Shown one piece after another: positions 50,505 through 64,000 of a stretch of DNA of 64,000 bases. The notes beneath the pieces were generated by a model. It saw only the letters and a list, made by a program, of their open reading frames with translations. It was not told the origin of the DNA and made no database searches. The stretch is taken from contig NW_026781981.1 in NCBI RefSeq assembly GCF_031769215.1, positions 930,001 through 994,000 of the forward strand. Direction: 5' to 3'. The stretch comes from Ylistrum balloti (taxonomy: Eukaryota). The position numbers and the translations under genes are program-made. Every line of letters begins with the position of its first letter. The stretch's first letter is position 1.

Positions 50505-51615
50505 TGTGTCGTGCCACTGACACAATGGAGTAGGTGTGTCGTGCCACTGACATACTGAAGTGGGTGTGTCGTGCCACTGACATACTGGAGTAGGTGTGTC
50601 GTGCCACTGATATACTCGAGGTGTGTCGTATCACTGACATACTGGAGTAGGTGTGTCGTGCCACTGACATACTGGAGTAGGTGTGTCGTGCCACTGACAT
50701 GCTGGAGTAGGTGTGTCATGCCACTGACACACTGGAGTAGGTGTGTCTTGCCACTGACATAATGAAGTAGGTGTGTCGTGCCACTCACATACTGGAGTAG
50801 GTGTGCCGTGCGACTGACACACTGGAGTGGGTGTGTCGTACCACTGACACACTTGAGTAGGTGTGTCGTGCGATTGGCACACTGGAGTGGGTGTGTAGTA
50901 CCACTGACACACTGGAGTAGGTGTGTCGTGCCACTGATATACTCGATTAGGTGTGTCGTGCCACTGACACACTGGAGTGGGTGTGTCGTGCGACTGACAC
51001 ACTGGAGTGGGTGTGTCGTACCACTGACACACTTGAGTAGGTGTGTCGTGCCACTGACACACTGGAGTAGATGTGTCGTGCGATTGGCACACTGGAGTGG
51101 GTGTGTAGTACCACTGACACACTGGAGTAGGTGTGTCGTGCCACTGATATACTCGATTAGGTGTGTCGTGCCACTGACACACTGGAGTGGGTGTGTCGTG
51201 TCACTGACATACTGGAGTAGGTGTGTTATGCCACTGACACACTGGAGTAGGTGTGTCGTGCCACTGATATACTCGATTAGGTGTGTCGTGCCACTGACAC
51301 ACTGGAGGGGGTGTGTCGTGTCACTAACATACTGGAGTGGGTGTGTTATGCCACTGATATACTCGAGTAGGTGTGTCGTGCCACTGACACACTGGAGTAG
51401 GTGTGTCGTGTCAATGACATACTGGAGAAGGTGTGTCGTGCCACTGACATACTTGAGTAGGTGTGTCGTGCCAATGACACACTGGAGTAGGTGTGTCGTG
51501 CCACTGACATACTGGAGTAGGTGTGTCGTGCCAATGACACACTGGAGTAGGTGTGTCGTGCCACTGACACACTGGAGTAGGTGTGTCGTGCCACTGACAC
51601 ACTGGAGTAAGTGTA
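50505..51615. repeat. 30-bp minisatellite, about 37 copies
   Basis: GTGTGTCGTGCCACTGACACACTGGAGTAG; two degenerate precursor-like units at about 50440-50500. Explains all ORFs at 50338-51620. Confidence 0.97.
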
Positions 51616-54600
51616 ATTAGGTGATGTCCCTTGCGTTGTGATTCTGATTTAGTGTATGTTGCTGGTATGTTGTTGTATTCATTTATATATTTTTATCACA
51701 TATTGGATTATGCAATGCTAGACTGCTGCACTGAAGGATATAGTTTCAAATATTGTTTTGTTTTAATTCAAATTCAAAATTTATTGTTTGCTTGTCCAAT
51801 CTTGAGTTCCTAAAAATGAGATGTACTGTTCAATTTCAGCAAGAAGTGTAAAGGTTACAGTAAAGTTCGGTTTACAGAGTTGTCGTGAGTTAACGATTTC
51901 CTGAGCACTTGATAAGGATGAAAGGTGTTTTTGACCTTAGACCTTTGTACTGTAATTAATGTTGTTTTATATTACATATGTCAAGATTTCCTCTTGTTCT
52001 GATTGGATAAGAGATCTTCACGTGCTGTTGCGATAACTCTTCAAATAATTTGGTAAGAAAACAAATTAGCCCAAAGAAGGGTGAAGTTAGTTCCGAGGAA
52101 TATGTCAACATCTAACCATTTAACTCAATGAAGATACTGTCAGCAAGAAATTCAGTTATTTTCACCAGTTCTACCACAGTGATTCATCTTGGCTGTTGAC
52201 GCACTCATCAGCCAAGTACACCCCAGTTTTAACAACCATAGACTTGTACCGACGTTTACGTTGCTCTGACGTGAAGATTGTACTAAAAACACAAGACACT
52301 CTTACCTGACAAAATTAGCCTCAGAAACATCTCATATATTTTCATATAGATAATTTCAATAAACGATATTATGTTTTCATGTATGAAGTAGAGACGTTTC
52401 TAGGAATAAACCATGTATATTCGATTTTAATTAAAGGTTCTAAGAGATGCTTCAACAGCCACACGCTGTTAATTCTATTGGTTTAGCTACAATCTCCTGC
52501 ACGGGATCGAAGTTGTAAAGTTATTACACTCAGAACTCCGACTCCAACAGTCACTTATTGACTGGAAAATTAACGATTTAAAAAAAGTTACAACTTAATG
52601 CATTGTGCATTTAATTTTAGTTGAACGTCGAACGAATTTATCAGACTCAGAATGACTTCCTTGCTACATTTACATGTAACGTTGTTCTCAATCGTCTCCT
52701 TCGCTCTGAACAGACAGTGTATGGACCTATTCGTGTTTCTCGTACATGCAAGATCTGATGCCTTGACAGCACGTGCTTGAACCTAAAAATCTAATGTCAA
52801 TTAAAGATAGTTACAATATGGCACACGTTTTTCTTCTCTTGAAGAAATAGTCCATGACATTATTCCTGTGTTAGGTGACGCATTGACAGTCGGGGTTCTG
52901 GACAGTAAGTGACGCTTTCTAATGCTATTTCACTGGCACCACGTTCCTTAATCACCGGTTAGAAGCGACTCTCATTGTCAACCATCCTCGTCCATTACTT
53001 TCACTCCATCCTCTGACGTATATGGCAAATAACACGAAAAGTTCATCGTAACATGAAATTATAAGCAACAAGATATTTTTTTTAATGTTGCCATGGAGAA
53101 ATCGATTTGCTTTACCACTTAACCATATAAAGAGAATATTACATGTTATAATGGTGAAGTTCATGGTTGGATCCTTTAAAAACGGAAATTATACGTAACA
53201 CTTATTTTTCCTCTTAAAATATCAAGTAACGTACAGAGATGAAAGCATATTGTATTAAAAAGTTATAATATTGGACGCATTTTCATTTCAGTTGTTGTTC
53301 CATCTATATCATATATCATGGTATCGCATGTGTTAGTACGACTTCCACACACATTTGGAAAGCTGATCTTCGTTTACCTGCTCTGTATTAGCATCATAGT
53401 AACCTATCAGGTGACAATCAAGCGTAATTTTTTTTGTATTTATAGATAAGTACTTATATCTTAAGTATCTTTTATACGATTCTTCCTCTAGAGCAAAAAA
53501 TGAGAAACCATTTTTAGCTAGAGGTTGTTTGTGTTTGTTATATATATATATGCTTTTGCTGTTACAGTTGTTTCATTCCGAGGTAACTATCCAGCAGCGT
53601 TCCAGTAGGATCGTTTGTCCACTGTATCTCAGATTTTCGGTAATCCACGTACTTCTGTGGAATTTTACAACAGACAACATGATGCCATTTCTATCGTGAG
53701 ACACACTTACAACTCAGTCTTAGTGAGGGTCTGTTAATACGATGCTGTAGTATTTTTTTTCTTTGTTTTTTTTTGTTGTTACATTCCTCTTTCTTAATGA
53801 TACATATTTAAACTGCATGAAATATATCACTCCCCGCCAGCAGATTTTATTGATCTTTAAGCAATGGAATTGTGTCTTTCGCTGCAATTCATTTACCGTT
53901 GAAACACATAGTGCTACATGTAAGGTAGTCAGCTGGTGTTTTGGACTATTGATTCTAGAATTATTTTAAGTTTCACAAATATTTACATTGTTCAGTCTGT
54001 TAAGTAGGTGCTCAGACAATGGAGTAAGGCTCTCAAACACTAAATAAAGCTCGTTCATGTATTTAAAGACAGGACTTTTTATCCAGCAATATTTCTGCAA
54101 CCACAGGTAATCGTTTCATCCGACACAAATTCAGTTGTTATCTATTTGTTATCTAGGATAACAGTTCTTTATTTTTCAATCTTAATTTAAGTCTGTGATT
54201 TTGTTGGATGTACCAAAAATCCTTATTTTAATACCGTGTGATTTTATAGCATAAAACTTATTATTCTAATTCAAACCACGTAATACATATTATAAACCTC
54301 AGGATTTGTATTCAATAACACGTCATTCATATTCTGTATATTTCAATATTCATATTCGAAATTCTTTGATTTAATTTTGATAGTATAAACATCCTTGATA
54401 GCCTCATGTGATCGCTTGTCCTAGAAGAAAATGAAAGCTGCCGTATCACCACGGATGGTTTGATGTGTAATGTGTCTGTCATACTCCTACTGTAATGATG
54501 ATTTCTGTATCAGTACTATGCTTTCTTAGATACTAAACCATGCCTATTGTCTACATATAATGGGAAAACAAGTAACAGTGTCTTATTATATATGGAGTAA

Positions 54601-56464
54601 ATAGACAAATGTTAAGATGTAAATGATAATTTTATCAATGTACATCTCCGGCTTGCCATATTCAAACACAGAGGAGATAGAATGAACTCTTGAAAATGGT
54701 GATATATAAGTTATATTAAAAATTACAGGAAAGACAAGTTAAGGTTTTGCAAATAAATCAAAGGCCAAATACCAATGGTTGACATACATGAGGGGACGGG
54801 GCGGATGGTTTATAGCGGAGGAAATGAGATTATATTGTAGAATGAAACATCGGGTGGGCAGGAAAAAGTCAATGACCAAAAATCAAATCAATAACGTCCG
54901 AAATTAAAAGGATCACAAAATGACAATACCAACAGTTAGCCAGCACGAGACACTTTTAAAAGAGACACCCTGAGCCCACGTAAGGGAAAAAAAGCCAAAT
55001 GTTATCGGAAGATTAATAAGACCCAGACACACGCATAGAACGTATGTAGAAAGTGATAAATTGCAGATGTGGCGTATGTGATTATTTCTTCAACAAAAAT
55101 AAAGTCTGCTCAATCAATACATTTGTCACGATGTTGTCTCGAATACAAAACAAAGTTGTCTGAACATGTCACACCGTGAAGCCAAGAGCGTCCTCAGGAA
55201 ACAGACATATACTTTTGACCTTGGCGATACGTAACTTCCGGTCAAATCGAAACAAATGATAGAGTACACATATAGAATACCATTTGACCTCACCAGACGA
55301 CGTATTCACATAATCTATAATGGTAATGGCACATATGCCGAAACGAACATTTGTTTGAAATATTGTGTTTTGTAGACTTATCATTAAAACGAGGACATAG
55401 TTGTTTTCGTGAATAAAATAGAAATCGAAAAGGGATCACTACGTTAGATTTCATTTTTTTTTCGACACACGAATGTACGGATATTTCTCGTCCTACCGCA
55501 GTCAATAAAACACAACTTTGTTTAACTGTTACATGGTAGTTTGCTCCTCTATCTAAACCTTTTTGAAGTCGTTTCAGCGTTGTATTTTATCAATCCGTTT
55601 CTTTTGAAGTTGACATTCGAATGTAATTTCACAACACTTTATGTCAATCATCGTAATTAAAATACCCTGGCGTTACTAGAGAACAACTTATTTCTGATGT
55701 TTTCAAAACTCCCCTAAGCCTCGGTATAAACATATATATATATATATAATGTTGGCTTTATCTGATCAGAACCTCACTATGCCTTCGTCTTCATTGTGTT
55801 TGAAAACTTACTTCCAATTTAATCAGATTTTAACTGCGGCTCTGCATTACCTCCGGCGCCTCACCATGATGGAACTTCAGAGACAAAGGGAGATAATTTT
55901 CATAGACTACACTTATTTATGTAACACTTGTTAAAATGATTTTCGTGTACGTTAATATTTATGAGCACACGGGACATTACCTCTGTACGTGTATGTAAAA
56001 TCGATTATCTTCTTCATACTGTTTTGAATGTTCACTCTAGCGTTGTATGCGTAATATTGCATGTGTTACTTTAAATAACAGAAAGTTCATCTAATAGACA
56101 ATTGTCAGAGATATATACTGAATAAAGTAGAGAACATTTGTTTTTATGAAGGTTTTCAAATGAGGAGAAATATCTGAACAACTTTCGATATCTTCAAGTT
56201 GAAAATACGAAAATGTGGCCGTTTTATACGAATGCTAATACAAAAACGGTCGTAATCGGTTACGGTTATTTGCAAAACAGTATCTAATCTGTACCTTAAG
56301 ATGTTAAATAAAAAGTGCACGAAGAAAAAAGAGGAATAATCCGAAACACATTCCACATTGCAAACTGTTCACACGGAATAAGCAATACGTATTACGTGAC
56401 GTATCAGCATTAGACACCAGATTTAGTAATAAAAATTAACTTGGAAGATGTGGTATTAACTGAA

Positions 56465-56835
56465 CAAATGTTCACCCAGTAGATGTGAGGTTAACAGGGA
56501 CACTGTTTACCCGGTAGATGTGAGGTTAACAGGGACAATTACCCCGGTAGATGTGAAGTTAACAGAGACAATGTTTACTCGGTAGATGTGAGGATAACAT
56601 GGACAACGTTTACCCGGTAGATGTGAGGTTAACTAGCACACTGTTTACTTGGTAGATGTGAGGTTAACAGGGGCACTGTTTACTTGGTAGATATTAGGTT
56701 AACAGGGACAATGTTTACTCGGTAGAAGTAAGGTTAACAGGGACAATGTTTACTCGGTAAATGTGAGGTTAATAGGGACAATGTTTACTTGGTAGATGTG
56801 AGGTAAACAGGGACAACGTTTACTTGGTAGAAGTT
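56465..56835. repeat. About 35-bp minisatellite, about 10 copies
   Basis: GGTAGATGTGAGGTTAACAGGGACAATGTTTAC(C/T)C at 56479, 56514, 56547, 56582 and onward. Confidence 0.93.
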
Positions 56836-59800
56836 ACCTGGAACAATTTGCTGTTTGTATAATACATGAGATGGCTTTGATCAGTTTTTATAAATCGTTG
56901 TATCTACAAGTTATGCTTCACACCCTTCTTATTTCCATATTTGATGAAAATGGTAATTCAGCTGGAGACAATTTTTGTAGATAAACAAATGTACATACAA
57001 ACGGTACAATAAACCCACTATGAATATAAAGTTGATAAATATGTATATCTCTCAGCACCTTAAAAGCTATTCTAATATCACCTAATTCCATTAAAGTATC
57101 ACTGGAGATAAATGGGTGTCATATCGTATTGTAAGATACTTTTTCTGTTCAATTTTTTTTTTTTATAATAAACAACAATGAAAAAGCTTCCTCAGAATAC
57201 TAAATCAATTTCTTGTGATATATATCGATATGATTGCTCTTCCTCAGTTCAAACATATTAGCAATAAAGAAAATTACCAATCAAGATATTACCCTTTATC
57301 CCCCCTAGGTCTTACAAAACCGATGAACCGATCGGAAATCGCTCTTGTATACGTTAAAAGGTAAAGACCTTGTCCTTACTCTAATCCTGTAGAGGATGGT
57401 AATAAAATCCTGTTCGTTATTGTTCAAAAGACGCCTGCGAAGCTGCAAAGTGGACTCTGCTGTCCGTTATCGGAATGAGATGCAAATCATGTTTTCTATA
57501 AACAATGAATTAGGGTCAATCTCCCTAATTCATTCCAAACGGACAATTGATACATGGATAGTGAATCTGAGACAATGTTTTTATGATGTATTCCTTTGTA
57601 TTAAAGACGGAAATGGTATGTAAATTTTATTTTGTTAATTCATGAAAGAATGTCTCGTGTCCATCGCACGTTCGGTCGGACAGCCATGATATATAAGGAA
57701 GATATAGACATCATTTATCTACCACTTCTGTAAGAAGAACAACGCGTATCCAGCTGTATGTACACCACATAAATACGTAATTACAACCATTATTCGATAT
57801 TTTTTTCAAGCATACAAATTTTAATTATTTTGTGACAGTGGGTACGTTTCGACCTTAGCTATATGTCACAGTGCCGAATTGGCCAAACGAGAGAAAAAAC
57901 ATGTTTGTTGGCTTCATTAAGGCTAACACTAAGGACCTTTGACTATAATCATAGAACTTTTGTATAAGTCTTTGATGTATGGCAATTTAGGGGTTAAAAT
58001 CAGTAAGACAGGTTCTAAGTTAACATGGTAGGACATTTTGTAATGATCAGCATTATACATATAGATAATACCAACACATCTAATGTAGTGAATGTGACCT
58101 CTGATATCAAGTATGGTCACATTTTTGCTTTTAATACGGGGACCTCTTTTAGTGCAACAGAAATATTTATCGGGATCGTTTATCACTGGCATCTTCAGAC
58201 GGAGTCTCATTGTACACTTTTGTAAAAGCTCTTGTGACATCGCAGAACATCATATGGAGGCCCGTCGCATGCCAACTAAAGTAATTCGGGTAATGTGTCT
58301 TAACCACAGACCGGCCTGTTTCTTACCTAGCTTTCCGAGAAAAACAAACCCCCAGGTGTAGGGAACGTTTAAAGTTATGAACACCGGTGACTATATATAA
58401 CTTGTAGACAATTAAGACTTAAAATAATGGCTGGATGACAAGCTCAATCAGAAAACATCGTCACGTGGGATAAACATGATGTATGGAGATGTTAGAACGT
58501 CTAAATTTTGTGTAGGTATTGTGTAAGTCAGTCATACATCAGGCATCACTTCATGGAAAGAAACCTCAGTTTAAAAAGTTTCCATGAATTTTTTTTTCAC
58601 AAAACTGGTAACTTCAAAAATTACCAGAGTTATCAATATATTTACAAAAAATATTCTTCAAAATGAATTCACGATCTAGGCCTTTGTATTTTCTTTTTTT
58701 TTCATTCATAATCCCGCTTGTTAATTTTCAGTACATTCCCGGGCATTAATTGATATGCAGGAAAAATAATCTTGTGATTGAGAACTTTCATGAGATTCAA
58801 ACTTCGACAAAGGAACATTAAAAAAAATCTTAATCCTTTTATAGAAATGCATACTCCTATACATAAATTTCATGGACTCTAATTTTCCTGTTCATTAAGG
58901 TGCAATAAAACAATATGATATTTCTCTACCCTGATGGTATCGTAAGGAGATACATTCCCAAAGAATCTCTAAGGATATTTTTCTACTATAAACTACTGCT
59001 GAAGAATTTTTATGTCCCATTTTACAATACCCTTATTGGAAACAAATTCTGAAGATACCGTTGAGATTTATTTGACCTATTATATAGTAGTAACTGATTC
59101 TGTCATTTTCCTGCTGACCTTGATGTAACCATCCCTATTGGCTGGGGTAGGCATCAGTTTAGGATACCAGTCGGTCAGTGCCGTATTACTAAAGTTACCA
59201 GAAATACGCCATGTTGTTATGCTAATAAATCACCTAAAGCCATATCTATATGTTGGAAATTGTCCATCAGGTTTTATGATGGGGTAATGGATTTTCATCA
59301 TTCCTTTAAACGTCAGTCGCCATGCAGCTGTCAGTCAGTCTGGCAACTATATAGATATCACTTGTAAAGATCTCTTTATTTTGACAGATATGGACTCTAA
59401 AACATCGCGTTGTTATTTACACTTTTAAAAATGAATACCACTTGTCAGACACAAAAGTGCTATTTTTCCACAGCAAACATCGAAATCGCATTATGGTCCA
59501 AAACCACCATTAATTGTAGGACACAAAGATGTCAAAATGCCATTGTTTTTCCGAGGTCCCTCCAGCTATGATAAATATGCACCTGTATATCGCAGACAAA
59601 TCAACCTTCCCTCCCTCCCTCTGTCTGCCTCAAATGTCTGTCTCTGTTTCACATCATTAACACACAAACGTACAGCACTTTATTGTAGTTTACAAATAAG
59701 ACAAAGAAAACGATCAAAATGTTCGTTCTCTCATTCAATATTCAAATGCTCAGACAATAGACAGCTGCCCAGATTGCAGTCGTATCAATTTGTGCTCGTA

Positions 59801-62800
59801 TTTTTGTTTCATTTTTTTCCCTTTGGTCTGGCATTGTTTATTTAGAATTAACAGCAGAATTCAACTATTCTTATGAAATCGTGGGTAGATTACAAAACAC
59901 CTCCTTTGTGTATAGGATGGTATGAATTCGTTTTCAGAGAGGACAATGATTTTGACAGGATACTCAAACAAGTATAAGAACCACACTGTTTTACGTCGTT
60001 GTGTATTGTATCCGGAAGTAGTAATACTGATTTCTATACGGTTTACAATTCGAACACTTTAGATTATAACGTGTTAGATTTAAGATGGTTAGGGGATCAG
60101 TTTATCATTGGTGATAGATATACTTATATAACATCGAAATCTCCTTATGGTCCAAAACTACCATTAATTGTATGAATTATTGATGATTTATATCCTTACC
60201 AACGAACCAATGACGAGAGGTTACTGAGGAATGCCAGATAATAGTGTAGTAACACAGCGTACCAAGGCACATTACGCTGGCAATGTGTATACGAAAGCAC
60301 TTAATGTGGAAATGAACAAGTAGAAACACTTAATAGTTGTGATAGGGACAAACATCACTCATAGAGAAGTGTTTGGGAATTATAGTAAGTCTGATGGGCA
60401 CCATCTCTATTTCATTGTATATAATGCACAGGAATCATATGTCCCGGTTGTATTCTTGTGACCATCAAGCTAAACAACAAGTTAGACAAATGTTTTGCGA
60501 GGCATAAATAGCGATTATATTAAAAACATTACAAAGCATAAGGTAACATTTTATACATTCAGAAGGGATATGCACTGAAATTGTCCTTAGTAATTTCTGT
60601 GAGAATAACCGACACACGAGGCTAAATATTACAGCCTATTACTGTTCATCTGAATAACAAGTTGACCACCACAACATCTGAAAATTTGAAATCCTCAAAA
60701 TGATCTATCGAAAGATATCGTGTAATTGTGAAGTTTTCCGCCCATGCTTGTTTGCAGAAACTTCTCTGTGTTATGGTGACTATTATGCACTGCACTAAAA
60801 CCGATTCCAAGGACGACTCCAAAGCAAGTTGCACCATCACTTGTGCTCCGTTTTCCCGTTTTGTTCTAAAACTGTCTATTATGCCTTTATCACAATTTGA
60901 TAAAAAATATTTCCTTTCGAAATAAAAAGATTAAATGAACTAACCAATACACAAAAGGAATTTGCACTGATTAGATTTCACGTTAGGTCGTATGAATGCG
61001 ATGAAAGTAAGACCAGCAGGACACTGACGCCCAATTACAGCTCTTTCCACGTCCAAAAACACGTTACTTTTTCATCCTTATTGGTTTTAAATGAGTCAGC
61101 TTCATTGTCAAGTAGTACACTCTCCCACATAAAATAACAGTTTTGATAAGAAATGAGAAATCTTTTCTTTGATAAATACCCTTAACTGTGTTGTGTTGGC
61201 TGGTTTCTCTCAAGGGGCCCTTAGAGAACAGTTAGGTTGATATGAATAGAAATTAATTTATCCTCTTTGATGCGAATATAATGGCTTTAAAATTTGCAGG
61301 GCTAGGAACAATAGTTATTTTAGATATTGCAGTATACAGATAATTATATATCAAACTGTTTGCTACAAGTATTTACGCGGCAGTCTTTGTCGGCTTCTTT
61401 GCACCTTTAAACTTCGTCTCAAATTGAAATGGAAAATACAGACATATCAGAATTTTCTCTCTCTACAACACTTTATCTTCACACGAAATATAAGATACAA
61501 ACATTATCCGACAATTTAAAGCAATTGTAAAAGTTATTAAAGAGGGAGATGTACTAGATAGAAGATACGAAAAATTAGACAAATTAGTAGCAATTACTCT
61601 GATGTATCACTGCTTGCTATTGTATTCCCACACCGACAACCTGTTTTGTAGTAAAACAGTTTTAAAATGCCAGCATTGCCTTCGGAGATTTCTGTTCCAA
61701 TCTGGATGGTGAATTGAATTCTTATAGTAAAACAGATAGTTGTTAATTGTAAATTGGTCTTTTAAACGTGATAGATGATGATTCTAATACTCAGATTTTT
61801 TGCTTTATTAACGCACTAATGTGCAAAAGAACGATGGCTAATGTTGTGTGGGTTCCTCTCTCCTAAATCACAGCTATTAAGCAATCTCGTTAGTGGAATC
61901 GACAACTTTAGTACACGTGACATCCTGTGAATCATCTTCTTCATTTTACGGCCATATGTCACCTCTATTTCTAAGAAGAAGTTTATTGAACATGTTTTCA
62001 CCATGAATAGTTCGCTCATGTCATTTTTTATATAAACTATATATTTCACTGTTGTGTTCAGTGTTACGTTTATACGTATGTGGTAACACACCATGTGTGT
62101 TGTTTATGCGATAAAAGATACCAAATTTGCATGCGGTGTTATTGTTGCAGTTGTCAGGTATCGTTAAAGCGTCGTTCCCACGTTTTGTGTCAGCATGGGG
62201 ACATGCTAACAAAAATTACAATGATTTGATAACAAATTGTATTTTCAGTTAAGGGGGTATAAATTCCTGTTGTATTAAAAGTCATTTTATTAGCGTTATG
62301 TATGATAATTTGACACAAGTTTTTCGTTTTTAAGATTAAAATTGTTTGATCATACATCGATCCATGGTTACATAATTAAATGTAGAAAGGCATGTTACAG
62401 ACACGGATCATGATCAAAGGCTACATTATATATACGATCCAATGACATGGTCTGCTACAGATTGTATATTCTTGAAATTTGGTTCCACAATTTGATCTCA
62501 AGTGAATTTTTCATATTATGGAATTGCAATAAGGATATGGAACCGATTTTTGTCATTTTTGGACTTATTAATTTTATAGAATACGTATGATGACATTTTC
62601 TTATCGGCATGGTTTGTTTCTGGGATAAATCTTTAAACTTTTTGCAGTGTGTATTTAAGCACCGTTGTACTTATTGATGAATAAATGGAAATTTAAAAAA
62701 GTGCTGTTTACCTCTGTATATGTTGTTCGGTCTTCAGTACTTTCAAAACAAATTGTGTTCTTACATACGTTATTATGTCCTCTTAAAAAAAGATCTCTTT

Positions 62801-64000
62801 CCATTCATATAATTAGTTTTAAGCGGAGAAAAAATGCTAATGAAGCAGTCAATAAACTTAGTATGTAATTGAATTATGTTGTAATATTACATAAATTGTA
62901 AGAAGTTTTGTTAGTATTAGTTTAATTAGTAATTGTTTTGAGATGGTATCCGTGAGATATTGGCACGAATGAGTTTATGCTTCAGCTAATCCACACATAA
63001 CAATAAATCCATCCATTTAATCGTGTAATAAATACCTGGTTTTTGCTACTCGTAGCAAGTTTAAATGCTCAACGTTTAATGTTTTTTTCCGCCTCAATCG
63101 GCTAGCTGAGAATTTGGATTGCATAACAGCCGTGTTCATTGATGGAGACGATTCTAACGTTAACGTTTATGAGATCGGAGAAGCGACTGATTTTTTTCTC
63201 GATTTGTACAGAGATAACTATACAGAAAAGCTCACGCGTGCGCTTGGGTGTTACATTTTATATTCCATGTAAATTTAGATGCGACACGGTCTTTATGTAA
63301 TTTCAGGGTTTAAAGGAGCATACTTCACAATAATATTATCAAAGCAGACACGAAGATAACTGGTTTGACTAGAAGGCAAAACACCTCATTTAATACCCTG
63401 TGGTTTGACTTGTGGTTCAATACATTCAATTCCTTGTGTCGCAGCAATTCCGTCTCGCTACCGTCCGTAACATTATCACGAAAAGCAAAGAATACCCATG
63501 AAAGGTTTTTGGCAATAAGCGTTAAGTTTTGTTGTGGTAATGATTGTTGAAAGTATATACACTAGAAAACAATATAAAAAACTTCTTTTTTTCTGCTGCA
63601 GGCATTAGATCATTTGTAATACGATACATCAAATTTAATTTATCCTTCTTCCCTATTTTCGAGTTTTTTTTTTCAAGAACATTTCTACTTTCATGACAAT
63701 GTGGGGAAATGATACTGGGATTGAAAGATAAAACATAATTTTTGAAAATACTAATCTTTATTTCATTTGACAAGCTCAAAACTACCGAAAACTGGAAAAG
63801 TGAAAAATGGCTCAATCCACGAGTTGCTGTATAACATTCACCCATAATCAACACATATTCACACAATATCCTAGGAATAGAAACGTACTGAAGCATTTTA
63901 CTGGTTCTAGGATTCGAAGAAAGGGATCAACTTTGTAAAGATTCTTTTTTAAATCTGCGCTTCATGGTGATAAAATTTTGTTGACAGACATCTAGCAAAA

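Noticed and set aside
50338-51620. Long ORFs on both strands (up to 280 aa) and a CRISPR-like palindromic 30-bp repeat
   Set aside because: The units are head-to-tail with no unique spacers and there are no cas genes. The ORFs are a by-product of a stop-free 30-bp period.
52675-52786. Candidate upstream (UTR) exon of NKY with AG/GT borders
   Set aside because: The donor is weak and nothing links it specifically to NKY.
62248-63330. TTAAGGGG / TTAAAGGAG starts resembling Kolobok-type termini
   Set aside because: No matching inverted partner end was found.

Overview
AT-rich eukaryotic genomic DNA with spliced genes and many tandem repeats and transposon remnants. It is most likely a bivalve or other mollusc; this is inferred from the NKY neuropeptide precursor and the repeat landscape. 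Four protein genes can be reconstructed by hand, all on the minus strand. (1) A complete 8-coding-exon, 348-aa G-protein alpha subunit (2822-8162) with Gi/o-type exon sizes and unusual substitutions in the nucleotide-handling motifs; its last 12 codons are the end unit of a 78-79 bp tandem array holding variant C-termini. (2) A secreted Asn/Tyr/Gly-rich repeat protein (about 14930-16205) with two possible C-terminal tails. (3) A second secreted low-complexity orphan protein with 3 coding exons (24874-27742). (4) An NKY neuropeptide precursor (47810-48229). A 3.56-kb PIF/Harbinger-ISL2EU-Spy-type DNA transposon with about 400-bp terminal inverted repeats (TIRs) and a pseudogenised DDE+SWIM transposase sits at 10527-14087, between AAA and TTT with no target-site duplication (TSD). 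The rest is MITEs, Penelope-, CR1- and Kolobok-like fragments and minisatellites. No tRNA, rRNA or CRISPR array was found. All coordinates and translations were worked out by eye, not by software.
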